This document shows, one piece after another, positions 11,253 to 22,404 of a stretch of DNA of 47,445 nucleotides; position 1 is the first letter of the stretch; the number at the start of each line of letters is the position of its first letter. The position numbers were made by a program, and so were the translations under genes. This DNA comes from Perkinsus olseni (Eukaryota). The stretch covers positions 1-47,445 of the forward strand of contig JABANN010000249.1 in assembly GCA_013115125.1 (NCBI GenBank), given 5' to 3'. The notes under the pieces were generated by a model, which saw nothing but the letters and a program-made list of their open reading frames with translations, was not told the origin of the DNA and did no database searches.

Positions 11253-14200
11253 ATGGCCCCTTCATGTCACTTTTACGCCAGGGGAAACTGTCGGAACGGC
11301 GAGGCCTGCCGCTTCTCCCACACCGAGGCTAAGGAGGACAAGGTCGTCGACCGGGATGTCATCAACTCTCTGTCCGACGCCAATCGGTTCCTGAGAACCA
11401 TCAACAAGCACAGAAACGCCGACGTCGTGCTTGAAAAAGTTCATCTGTTGCGAGACAAGCTCAATGGCTACATCCGCGACCTCGCCCAGGCTGAGCTAAG
11501 GATACTTTTTGAAGTCCTGGGAAGGTGCTCTGAGGCCTTTGACCGACCGGCGTACGAGGAGGTCCTCAGATGTGTCAGCGCTAACGTGATCATGTCCATC
11601 CCACCGTTTGTGAACCAGCTGATGTCCCCGGTGGGGCTGGTGAGCTGCATGCGTGTGCTGGTCGAGGTCGGTCGGGTCGATCCGGTGGCGGCTGCGCTGG
11701 TCCCGGTGGAGCTGCTGGCCAGCCGAGCGGATGCCCTAGCGTGTACCGAGGAGATGACTGAGGTGCCTCTGAGGCAGATTCAATTCTATAAAAACGGTGG
11801 GGCCCTGAAGAATTTTCGGGCGAGTCGAGATCGGCGACGCCCGGCGGAGTTGGCCCCGGACGAACAGCATGAGTATGAGGATCTCATGGCTGAGGGACAG
11901 CTGATGCCGTCCTTGGAGGAAATCACCGACGAAGGGGCGCCGCCGGAGGGCCTGAGGAAACTGAAGAATCGTGAAGCGGAAAAGTGGGAATCTTCCAGTG
12001 CGGCCGAGTTGCTGCTGTATCGGGCCACTCACTACTACTGTCTAAGGCAGGAGTTCTTAGTACCCTTGAAGGAGGCCTTGGTCCACTCGTTAGGGCTTGT
12101 CACCGACTCTGGTATCCCTCCAAAGGCGATGTGTTACAGCCATGTGAAGGCTCTGAAGCAGCCCTTCGGGGTCTCCGGTACCACCGAGGCCTTTATTCAA
12201 GTTCACTTCGTCTGCCCTCGCCCTGTGGACTTTACTCTTGGTCGCCATCTCATCTACGGCTCCCTTGTGGCTCTCTTCCGCACGTCCACCGGAACCCCCT
12301 TCGGCGAGCCCGATTCTGAGTCGCGCATCTACGCCACTGTCGAGAACTTCGATCTTCGTCGGACGGGCGGGACGAGGTCCAACAGCGGTACCGTCGGCCT
12401 GGCCTTTGATGACGATAATTTCCGCCGCTTCCAGTTTGACGCTGAGTACTGTATGCTAGAGAGCCCCGACTACTTTATGGCGAAGCGGCCGGTCTTTGAC
12501 TTCCTGCGAGATGAGGATCTCCTTCGCGGCATGCCATTGCTCTCCGGGGTCCTCGGGACGGTGGAGCCTAGTGTCGACCCACCGCCGTATTTGATGGCGG
12601 CGAAGGTGGATCTCTCTCCTCTGTACGCAGGGGCTGGAGAGGGCTCTGTTGTTGCTGATCCCTTGGCACCGTGGCCGAAGCTGACGGGAAAGCCGATCGA
12701 GTTGGATGCTGCTCAGGAGGAGGCGATGAAGCACATACTGAAGACGCCAGTGGCGATCGTGCAAGGTGAGCTGCTCGACGAGGGCTGATCCGTGGTGGTG
12801 ATTTTGTGTTCTTTTAGGTCCTCCAGGGACGGGGAAAAGTTATCTGGGTGAGAAGTCCGCCCGCATTGCACGAGGCGTGTTGGACTTCAAGCACTACGAA
12901 GAGCCGATCCTCGCGGTCACTCTCACCAACCACGCCTTGGACCAGTTCCTTGTCGATCTGCTACATGTCGTACCTCACATGATGAAGGGACAGATAGTTC
13001 GTTTTGGCGGCCGATCGCAGACTGAGAACGAGGAGCTCCAGCGCTGCCACTCGGCAGCGGTTCAAGTCCAGGGAGACTCGCGAGGAGTACACGAAGCGAA
13101 AGTGCAAGTTCCGGGACAAGTTGCTCGGCATCAAGCGTTTAACTTTGAACTCTGTCTGTCGAACTGTGTGGCCCTTTACCAAGGCGGGGATGCTCAGCAG
13201 CTCTGTGCTCTTGCCTACATGCCGTTCAGTCTCTTTCGGAAGATTCTGAGGCCACCAGGGTGGAAGACAAGTTTCTCAAAGTTGGGCTTCCACCCGGCTG
13301 AGTTCGCGCTGTTGGCGTTGAGGGCGTGGCTGGAGGATGACGAGGGAGAGCTGGCCCGCAGCGAGAAGGAGCTGTTGCAGCGGTGGGGCATCAGGATGGA
13401 CGACAATCGGCGTGTAAGACTTCAAAACGCTTCCGAGCCCCTGCTGGCCATTATCGTCATAAGACGTTCGGCGCTTTGCCGGAGGAGGCCCGCCGAGGGC
13501 TGCTGCAGATGATGGTCTCGGGGGCGGACGGGGAAGTGCGGAGGCTGTTCGAGCACGCCATTCCGGAGCCGGAGGAAGATGATGATGAGGAAGAGGAGGT
13601 TGATATGGATAGGATACGATTAATAGAAGGGGAACGGCACTTTGACGACTTGGCAGGCGTTGAGGAAATGCAAGATGAGCAAGGAGAGCAAGTGGACGAG
13701 GAGGCACCGGTGGTGGAAGGCCCCATGGAACGACCGTCTAGCAATGACTGTGATAGCGTGAGGATCGGCGCAGATTGGAAGAGCGACTTCTCCATGGCCG
13801 CGGTGCTGCAGCGAAGGATTCGGTCGAAGTTGGAAGAGTCTCTGAACGCTAATATCGTGGCTGCAGCATGCCACAACAGCGTCCACGATGCGGGGATGAG
13901 GGTCGTCCGTCGAGGGTCTCGCCGGAATAAAAGGGGGGTCCTGGAGGCTGTGGGAGCGGCCTTGGAGGGGCCGATGAAGGTCAGACTGCATCAGTTGTAC
14001 GCGGATGGCCGGGAGATGGCCAAGTCGTATGCTCAGCAACGGAAGGCCTTGGCGCTGAGGGCGTGTCGGGGGGCGAAGCTGGTGGGAATGACGAGCACTT
14101 ACGCGGCCTTGAACCGGGACCTTCTTCATAGAGTGGGTCCGAGGGTGGTGGTGATCGAGGAGGCCGGGGAGCTATTGGAGTGCCAGCTGGTCGCGAGTTT

Positions 14201-16816
14201 GTCGTCGCCGAATCTGCAACACTTAGTGTTGATCGGAGATCATCAGCAGCTGCGGCCGAAAGTGAACGTCTATGAGTTGACTAAGAAGAACCATTTCGAT
14301 ATTTCCCTCTTCGAACGACTCATCAACGTTGGGGTTCCCTTCGCGAGACTGACAACGCAGCTGAGGATGCGACCAGAGGTCAGTCAGCTGGTGCAGCACT
14401 TTTACGTTGACGGGTTGATCGACCATGAGAGGGTGAAGGTGTATGATCGAGTTGGTGGCGTCTCTAAGGACGTCTTCTTCATGGACCATCGTGAAAGGGA
14501 GCAGGCCTTTGAGGGCACGTCCAAGCGGAATGAGTTCGAGGCCCGGTACGCGGCCAAGCTTGCCCTGTACTTGGTCCGAACGCAGCAGTACAACGCTGAG
14601 GATATCACCCTGCTGACGCCTTACATCGGCCAGAAGAGGTTGATACGTAACTCTCTCGATGCTGATCTGCGGAGGAGCCCGGACGGTGTCAAGGCTGGGG
14701 CCCGGGTGGTGACTATCGATGACTATCAGGGCGAGGAGAATAAGATTGTTATCCTGTCTTTGGTGCGGTCGAATAAGGCACGGAAGATCGGCTTCACTGG
14801 GATCGAGAACCGCGTTATCGTGGCGATGTCCCGGGCGAAGGAAGGCCTTTACATCATCGGCAACTCGGAGATGTTCGGGAACGCCTTGAGCTGGGAAGCT
14901 ATTATCTGCAAGTTGCGAGCTCAGATGAGAATTGGTCCGGCGTTAACGCTGCAGTGTCGAGTGCATCCTGAACAACTTGAGCAGGTCGCGATGCCGGAGG
15001 ACTTCATCCACGTCAAGGACGGTGGCTGTCGCCTTCCCTGTCGACGCTTACTGGACCGTTGTGGCCACCGGTGTCCGCTGAATTGTCATGTCTTCGACCA
15101 TGAGCAGGTCTGCTGCGACAAGCCGTGCAATCGGGCGCGCCCGGCTGGTTGTGGTCATAGGTGTATCCACTTGTGTTGGGAGTGCACTCGGTCTAAGTCC
15201 ACTCCTGAAGACCCCTGTCCGACCCCCTGCGCTACCTTGGTACCGGTGACGCTTGCCTGTGGCCATACTAAGCGGGTTCGATGCCATTATCGGGGTGACG
15301 AGGTTGAGCTGCGGTGCCATACTCAAGTGATTGTGAAGTTGCCATGTGGACACGACTTGAGGACGTCGTGTTATAAGTCCCGGAGACCGGTCATTGAGCT
15401 CAGCTGTGAGTTCACGAGGAAAGTTCGACTTGGAAGGTGCGGCCATGAGGTCACTCAGAAGTGCCACGATGTGCCGAAGTGCGGTCACCGGTGCGACGAG
15501 CAGCTCTCCTGCGGTCACCCCTGTCCTAAAAAGTGCTATCCAGCTCACACTCACGATGGTGTCAAATGTGAGGAGGCCTGCGAGGAGACGCTGGCCTGCG
15601 GTCACTTCTGTGACGAGAAGTGCGGGCAACCCCACACTCGTCTGTGCCAGGAGGAGTGTGGTCTCCAGTGCCTTCACGGTCACACCTGCGGCAAGCCCTG
15701 CTATGAGTTCTGCGTTCCATGTCGTGAGAAGTGCCCGTGGAAATGTCCTCATCACAGATGCAAAAAGCTGTGCTTTGAGCCTTGTGACCGTCCTCGCTGT
15801 GACCAGGCCTGCCCGTTGAAGTTGGAGTGTGCGCATGCGTGCCAAGGGTTGTGTGGCGAGCCTTGTCCGCTATGTCCGGTCTGCTACCATGACGTCACCT
15901 GTGGCATATCTTTTGAGGAGATCGGGTCTGCAAGGGAGGACGACGCTAGGATCTATACGCTGCCGGAGTGTGGTCATACATTCTACCTCGACAGCTTGGA
16001 CCAGTAAGTACTCGGGGCTCGGACGGTTCGCTTCGGTAACGTCCTTCCAATAGCCGTCCTCTTTCATCTCGGTTGATCTGGAATTGATTATCAGGCGTGA
16101 AGGAAGGTTTTAGATTGCACTGCATGTCAACGCTACAGCGAATCCTCAACTGTGCACACCAGCGAGAGTCTAAGCCTCAACAACCGACGTTCCACTATAA
16201 ACTCGCACGCGAGGTTTCAGAGTCGTTTCTGAGTTTTCAAAGTTCTTCGCTTCTGCGGCAAGCGTGCATACGATGTGCTCAGGTACATGGACTACAACCC
16301 TACTCGTGGCGAGCATCAGGCGATACAATTAAGGGCCTGCCCAGTCTGCAGGGAGCCGATCTTCACTGCCCCGAGGTGCGACGCCGGTTGGCCTTTGATT
16401 ATCACTCTGTGCGTAGAGGGAGACCTTCTACTGAGCTGATTCCGCAGGGCCAAGAAAACTGGACGCACCTTAGGTACGGAAATGTCATCAAAGCTCAAGT
16501 GTCGCTGGTGGCCAAGGTCAAGGAGAAGCTCATCGCTGCTACGCGGGAACTGACCCTCCGTGAGCGTCTAGAGGTCAACGCCGCCATGCAGAGCGAGCGA
16601 GGAGTGCTGGGGGCAGCGGCAGGCCACTGGTATGCCTGTCCGAATGGCCACCCCTATTTCATCGCTGACTGCGGCGGCGCCAACCAAGTCACAAGGTGTC
16701 CAGACTGCGGTGCTTCTATCGGCGGTACGGGCTACCGTATCGAGAGGGGCAATCGCTTTATGGCCGACTTTACAGGCGAGGGTGCGAGACCACAATGGCC
16801 CAACCAGGGCGAATGA
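11253..16816 (+). CDS. ZNFX1: ZNFX1-like RNA helicase / E3 ligase (CCCH finger, UPF1-like SF1 helicase, NF-X1-type zinc fingers, RING-like module, RZ finger). Exons approximately 11253-12765, 12818-13413 (see frameshift finding), 13464-16003, 16283-16375, 16474-16816
   Basis: CHFYARGNCRNGEACRFSH (CCCH); ZNFX1-type motifs THYYCLRQEFLVPL, LIYGSLV, MLESPDYF; Walker A QGPPGTGKS across intron 12766-12817; TNHALDQFL; IVRFGGRS; Walker B VIEEAGE; IGDHQQLRP; TIDDYQGEE; NRVIVAMSRAK; many CGH..C repeats; LPECGHTF...CPVCREPI..RYG; HWYACPNGHPYFIADCGG...CPDCGASIGG. Confidence 0.93.
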
Positions 16817-17336
16817 TTTGGTAGATTTTTGGTAGGCTAGTCATTGATATTGATTTTTCTTATACTATTCGCGCTTGCGCCTCCAATCAATAAAGGCTGA
16901 CCCAGTCGATGGCTCTTCAATGAGGGATGTTGTTGCTCCTGTAGATCTCGTGTGTTGTCTGTAGTGTCTAGTATGAAGCCATTGGATCGCATCTGCTATT
17001 GGTACCAGCGCGTCTCGGCTTCCAATCATTCTGTGGGTTTACCCGCGGTCCCTGATTACAATCGTAGCAGTATGGCTTCCTGGTGCGCGAGCGCTCAAAT
17101 GTAGTCGGGTTGCTCGTCCGGTGGAGGCTTTCACGGAGCCTTTTTCGAGGGAGACTCGCTACAGGCTGTGAACAGTCGAGAATCGAGTTGTGTGAAATAC
17201 TAGCCCATTCTTCGCCTCCCTTCACGTGCTTGATTTGAGCACAAAGCAGGTCGAGTAGTGGCCCCTGTTGTGATCTTTCCTGGCCCCGGAATCCGGGGTC
17301 CGGTCGAAGAAGCTCCCTCAGTTGATTGTTTGCCCA

Positions 17337-18191
17337 ATGCCTCCTCCCTGTCGCTACCATGAGGCCGGTGAGCGTTGTCCCCATGGCCTTCACTGCAAAT
17401 ACTATCACAATCCCCGTCGAGGGGCGGCCTTGGTCCGATGCCAGTTCTACGATCATGGTCACTGCAGATTCGGCTACGCGTGTCAGTTTCTGCACTCCGA
17501 TAAGAAGCCCGTTTGCCACTTCTTTGCCCGCGGTCAGTGTCGTAATGGTGCTGCTTGCCTGTTCTCTCACGATTGCCCTTCTAACGCTGAGGAATCGGTC
17601 TGTCACTTTTTTCTAAAGGGCGAGTGTAAGAATGGGGAGACCTGTCGGTTCTTGCATCAGCAGTCCGACGACCAGCAACCAGCCCGCAGTCGATATGAGG
17701 AGACGATAGTCTCTCCGAAGAGGGCAGCCGTCTTCCTGGAGCGCGTTAGTCGCCACAAGGGAGACAAATTCTGCTTGGATGCTTTACTTGAGCAGAAGGG
17801 GCCTCTCAGGAACTTCATCCGCGACTTGGGCGTTTGTGAGCTCGCGAATCTTTTCGCGCTACTGGGTCGTTGCGGTGAGGTCGAGGAGAAGCAGAAGTAT
17901 GAAGAGCTCATCGGTGCGTTGAGTACAAGCTTGATAATCGGTGCACCGCGGTATATAGAGAGCATCAGTGGAGAGGCTCAGCTGCTGGCCTGCACAAAGG
18001 TCCTGGTCGATGCTGCCAGACTGAACCGCATTTTTGCCAGACAAGTTCCTGTGATTCGACTCGTGAAGAAGTCGAGGGATCTAGAAGTCAAGAATGAGAC
18101 GCTCGAGGGGTTGTTGATGAGATTGAAGGTCCACAAGAATAACGGTCGTCTATCAGGCCGCTCTCTCGGAACTCCACAGAAGGGCGGCTGA
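17337..18191 (+). CDS. Four-CCCH zinc-finger protein with a helical domain homologous to the N-terminus of the adjacent ZNFX1-like helicase
   Basis: Four C-x7/8-C-x5-C-x3-H fingers; RNFIRDLGVCELANLFALLGRC...YEEL...VPV...HKNNGRL aligns with NGYIRDLAQAELRILFEVLGRC...YEEV...VPV...YKNGGAL. Confidence 0.88.
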   Translation: MPPPCRYHEAGERCPHGLHCKYYHNPRRGAALVRCQFYDHGHCRFGYACQFLHSDKKPVCHFFARGQCRNGAACLFSHDCPSNAEESVCHFFLKGECKNGETCRFLHQQSDDQQPARSRYEETIVSPKRAAVFLERVSRHKGDKFCLDALLEQKGPLRNFIRDLGVCELANLFALLGRCGEVEEKQKYEELIGALSTSLIIGAPRYIESISGEAQLLACTKVLVDAARLNRIFARQVPVIRLVKKSRDLEVKNETLEGLLMRLKVHKNNGRLSGRSLGTPQKGG

Positions 18192-18268
18192 GATCATGGC
18201 TGCTCTTTCGTTTGCCTTTGCCTCTCGGATAGGGACTTGACTTTTCTCATGATTACTGTATTGATGTG

Positions 18269-18294
18269 TGCTGCTGCTGCTGCTGCTGCTGCTG
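18269..18294. repeat. (TGC)8 microsatellite downstream of the CCCH gene
   Basis: Perfect tandem trinucleotide run. Confidence 0.9.
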
Positions 18295-18955
18295 ATGGTT
18301 AGAATTCTGTGCTCCTGCCCTCATGGGGTCGGTGGGGTCCGCTCGTCAGTCGATGGCAGTTTTTACTTTTCCGTAATTCGTGATTGCGTGGAGTCCCGCT
18401 CAGTGAGGGCGTGGCTTCGGTTCGCCTCCTGAATGGCCCTCATGAGTAACCGCAAACGTCCGAGTCGGATTTTGTCGAGGGTTTGTGAGTCCATAGTCCA
18501 ACACCGGAACCGGCCTAGTTAGATTGAGGGGAGCTTCCTGCACAGATCGATGTGAAGGGATTATCGGATGGTTCGTCGAAAGGCGTGTCTGCGCTGATTG
18601 ATGAAACGGCTGGTCGGAGGTTCGAACCTGAGCTGCTGCATTTTTACGCCTTTACTGACTTTCAATCGCGGACCGTTGAATCCCTATTTCCTGTAGGGTT
18701 CGGGAGCCAATCATCATTGAATGAGATACTAGTAGCTGAACATCTGCTCCTGTTCTCGAACGCGTCCATGAGATCTGCACGCATGCGCATGGTGCGGTGC
18801 CCCTGCTGATAGTCTTGTGGAACTGGCTACAGTAGCATTAGCAGTTTATTACTAATCCAGTTGAAAACGTTTTTCGTATATTCTGTTCACCTCTGCGGGA
18901 CTCCTTTCGAACTCCGGTCCCCTTCAATAACAGGTGGTATTGATAGTGTCCAGTA

Positions 18956-21134
18956 ATGGCATCGGGATTCAAGCACATTCTTGGTGATCGTGAGAATGAT
19001 CAACATGCGGAGAATCGCCACGGCATCTCCCCGGTGGACAAGGCTCTGGTTATGGAGAAGGCGCCGATATTCTCGGTAGGTTTGACTCTTAATAGGGAGC
19101 AGCCTAGTTGTGATGAGTGATGTGAATCTTGAATCCGCTAATGCTGTCGCCGGGAATTGAACCGGCGACTTCGAGCGATTGAGTATGGCGGTGATTTCTG
19201 CGGTCAGCGAAACGACATCGATATCGGAATGAAGCTCGGGAGCGGGAAGTTCGGCAATGTCTACGTCGCGAGGTGAGTTTCGTGGCGCGCGACGGTTCCT
19301 CGGCCGGACTGGTTTTCAGGGAAAGAAGAAGCCACTTCGTATTCGCCCTCAAAGTGCTTCACAAGAAGCAGCTTATTAAGGTAGGGTGTACTGGCGGAGT
19401 ATCTTAGGTTGATGCTTGTCTTTTAAGCATGGGGTTGAACACCAACTTCGACGAGAGATCGAGATTCAGTCCCACTTGCGTCATGTAAATATCTTACGGT
19501 GCGTTATGAGAATCTTCCGATCTCGTGGCTAAAGATTCCCCTCAGTTTGTTCAACTACTTCTGGGATGAGAAATGCGTCTACCTCATGCTCGAGATGGCC
19601 CCAGGGGGAGAGCTGTATAAGATGCTCACCGAGAAGGTCAGGAGTATCTTGCGCACATCGAAGAATTTGATATCTTTCAGACCCGCTTTTCGGAAGCTAG
19701 AAGCGCGTGGTACATGCGGCAAATGGTGCTAGCGATTCAGTATTGTCACAAGAAGCATGTCATCCACCGGGATATCAAGCCAGAGAATATCCTGATCGGT
19801 CAGCTGCGCACAGCGAAGAATTTTCTCCACCGTGAACCGCAGGTCTCAATGATACTCTAAAGATCGCAGACTTCGGCTGGTCGGTGCATGCTCCCAATTC
19901 AAGACGCGAAACTTTCTGTGGAACTTTGGTGAAGTCACGGCGACCGAAGCCGCGACATTGAGAAGACGTCATTTCGTCTTATCAGGACTATCTTCCGCCC
20001 GAGATGGTTGGCTCGCAGAAGCACGATTTTGGCGTTGATATTTGGGGCCTGGGCGTACTAGCGTAATGAGGGGACCGGTGGTGGTGGATCTTCTTGATGG
20101 CTATTCGCGTGGGAAGATACCGAAGCTGCATCTGTGTTTTTGCGTATTTTTGATTAGAAGTGTGTTATTAGAATCGCTGCGGATGGTATGTCCCCAGGTA
20201 CGAGTTCCTGGTTGGCTCGCCGCCTTTCGAGGACGAGTCGAAGAAGGCGACCTATCAGAAGATCAAGAATGTCGACGTTAAATTCCCGAGCTTTCTCAGT
20301 CGCCAAGCCATCAGCCTCATTCGGGTAGGAATCTACTGGGCCCCCCGTGATGGGAGCTCTTTCGGACGGTCGGGCTTTCAACCGAGGTTCGTTGTGACGG
20401 CACTCATTGTCAGCCTGGATTTTACGCATTCACAAGCTAGATAATGCCCCTTTCTTAAGAAGTTTGTCACTTATAGAACGGTTCTCACATGAAAGACGTC
20501 AAGGCGCCGCAAATGTGTCGTATGTATACTGAGGTACATATTCTGTGGATGCATCGTGGACGCATCTTCGTGTGAAATACGAGTAATTCATAACGCAGCT
20601 TTTACCGCTTTGGTGGATTGAAGGCGAAGTCTGTTCTCTGTGATGTAGGGCATGCTCGTGAAGGATCCCGCTAAGAGGATGAGTCTGGAAGATATACTTC
20701 GGCATCCATGGATCAGACAGCAGTGTGAGCATCCTGAAGCTAAGAAGAGGTGATATTGTTCTATGGGAGCTCAGCTCTACTCGTCTTTTCGACTGCCTGT
20801 CGTATCTGCACGATTTCTCATTTTATGGTATGAGTGGGACGTCCTGTAGAATCGAAGAAGTTCAGTCGACGCGTTTCGCTAGAGGAGCTGCCTGCTCTCC
20901 TGGTTCGTTCAGTGCAGTAGGTGCGCTGACGTTTCACGCGCCTAGGTTAGTAGCGCTGAGTGTAGCTCGGAGATCGGGAGTCTGACGGGTGAATCGCAGG
21001 GCGCACTTAGACCGATTGCATCATTCAGTGGTGACTCCGCGATTGGGTGGTTCAGGTGTCTCGAGCGCTATGGTGGCCATCCGGATATCGGCGACGAAGC
21101 CAAGCCTACGGCGGCTAAGAAATTGAAGATTTAA
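18956..21134 (+). CDS. Aurora-family Ser/Thr kinase, multi-exon (at least 11 exons; 3' end approximate)
   Basis: Spliced translation gives [137 protein letters not shown] and [12 protein letters not shown] are Aurora signatures. Confidence 0.93.
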
Positions 21135-22404
21135 TTGACGATGGGCATCTCTCTTGCATGTAGGCCGACGCTAATGATCAGCAGCAGCATCATCACCATT
21201 CGTGGAGAGGTTTGCTGTTGAGTTGATGAGCCTCAGTGGGCGCTCGAGTGGGAAGAGTATCATCACGGCCAGGACCTCAACGCAGGACCTCCATCCATAC
21301 CAACTCAGTGACGAGCACAGACTACCGGCCTGAGACTCTGAGAACCCGAAGAGGTCTCTTAGGCGAATATGGTGCTGTCTCGATAGGAGATGCGAAGGCA
21401 GGCGGTACGGGTCTCTTTGAGACGGCTTCGATACACGGGTTCGATACACGGGTTCCTTAACCCCCGATGCACATACGGGTTCGTTAACTCCGAGCGAATG
21501 CAACGATCATCTCTCACTTGCTTTGTAATTGTTCAGCTCACAATTCTTTTTCCGGCCTTGGGCCGTTCATCTGAATGAATAAAATTTGCACCGATGGTAT
21601 AATGGTACAAAGCCTTTGTAACAATGGACCAATATGATACTTTACACCTCTCGACGAGGCAACGCGCGATATTAACGAATATCTACCAACGCAGTCGCTT
21701 CTGTTCGGTTCCAGTGAAGAAAGGCTCAGAATATTGGCTGTACTTAGTCTCATGAAGATCGCTCTCTGATCCACCCTTTATAGTTAACTGTTGGTTGTCA
21801 AGTACTACTATAAGGCATCCCCCCCCTGCAGGACAGCAACACAGAACTGGGAGCTTGAAAGAAAGTCGTTGCGGTCAAGGCGCTTTTGAGCCCACATTTT
21901 GAGGGAGAAGTTGACGCCGACTGTACTGACAATAGTATGCTACTGCAAGCTTTATTGTGATCTTACGATACGCCAATACGGAAGAGTGCGGTTGTGCCGA
22001 AACTTCCTCGAAGGAAGACGATCTGGACCACACCAATAACCCTTTCCCACAGGGCAAGAAGAGAGACATGGTAGACAAGACAAGACCATAAAGACAAGAC
22101 GTTTTTGTATAAGAAAGTTCATCGGAGATAATCAGAAGCAAACCTCGCTTGTAACTGGATTTCGTACAGCCTGGGGTGCTACTCGGTAGGTTGCAGGGAA
22201 GCTGGCCCAGGTGGACTCAAGAATTTAAAAAATCAGGCGAAGTCTGGCCGAGAAGTAGCCCTCGCTGATCGCTCTCTGAGAGTGGCAGAACCTCAATGCT
22301 CGAGCACTTGCCACAATAGGGCGAGCCTGTGCTGCCGCTCTGAGCGAGAACAGAGAGAACTATTTCTACAGCCGAGATCATATGAAGGTTACTTCTTCTG
22401 GGTG

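Noticed and set aside
15048-15845. 265-aa antisense ORF (and similar shadows at 23035-23565 and 42464-43156)
   Set aside because: These are antisense shadows of codon-biased real genes with no independent motifs.
16097-16473. N-terminal part of the 239-aa ORF 16097-16816 as a separate gene
   Set aside because: It is intron sequence plus an out-of-frame exon; only 16474-16816 is coding, as the last ZNFX1 exon.
21427-21493. CRISPR-like array
   Set aside because: Repeats are short, adjacent and degenerate with no spacers; eukaryotic context with no cas genes.
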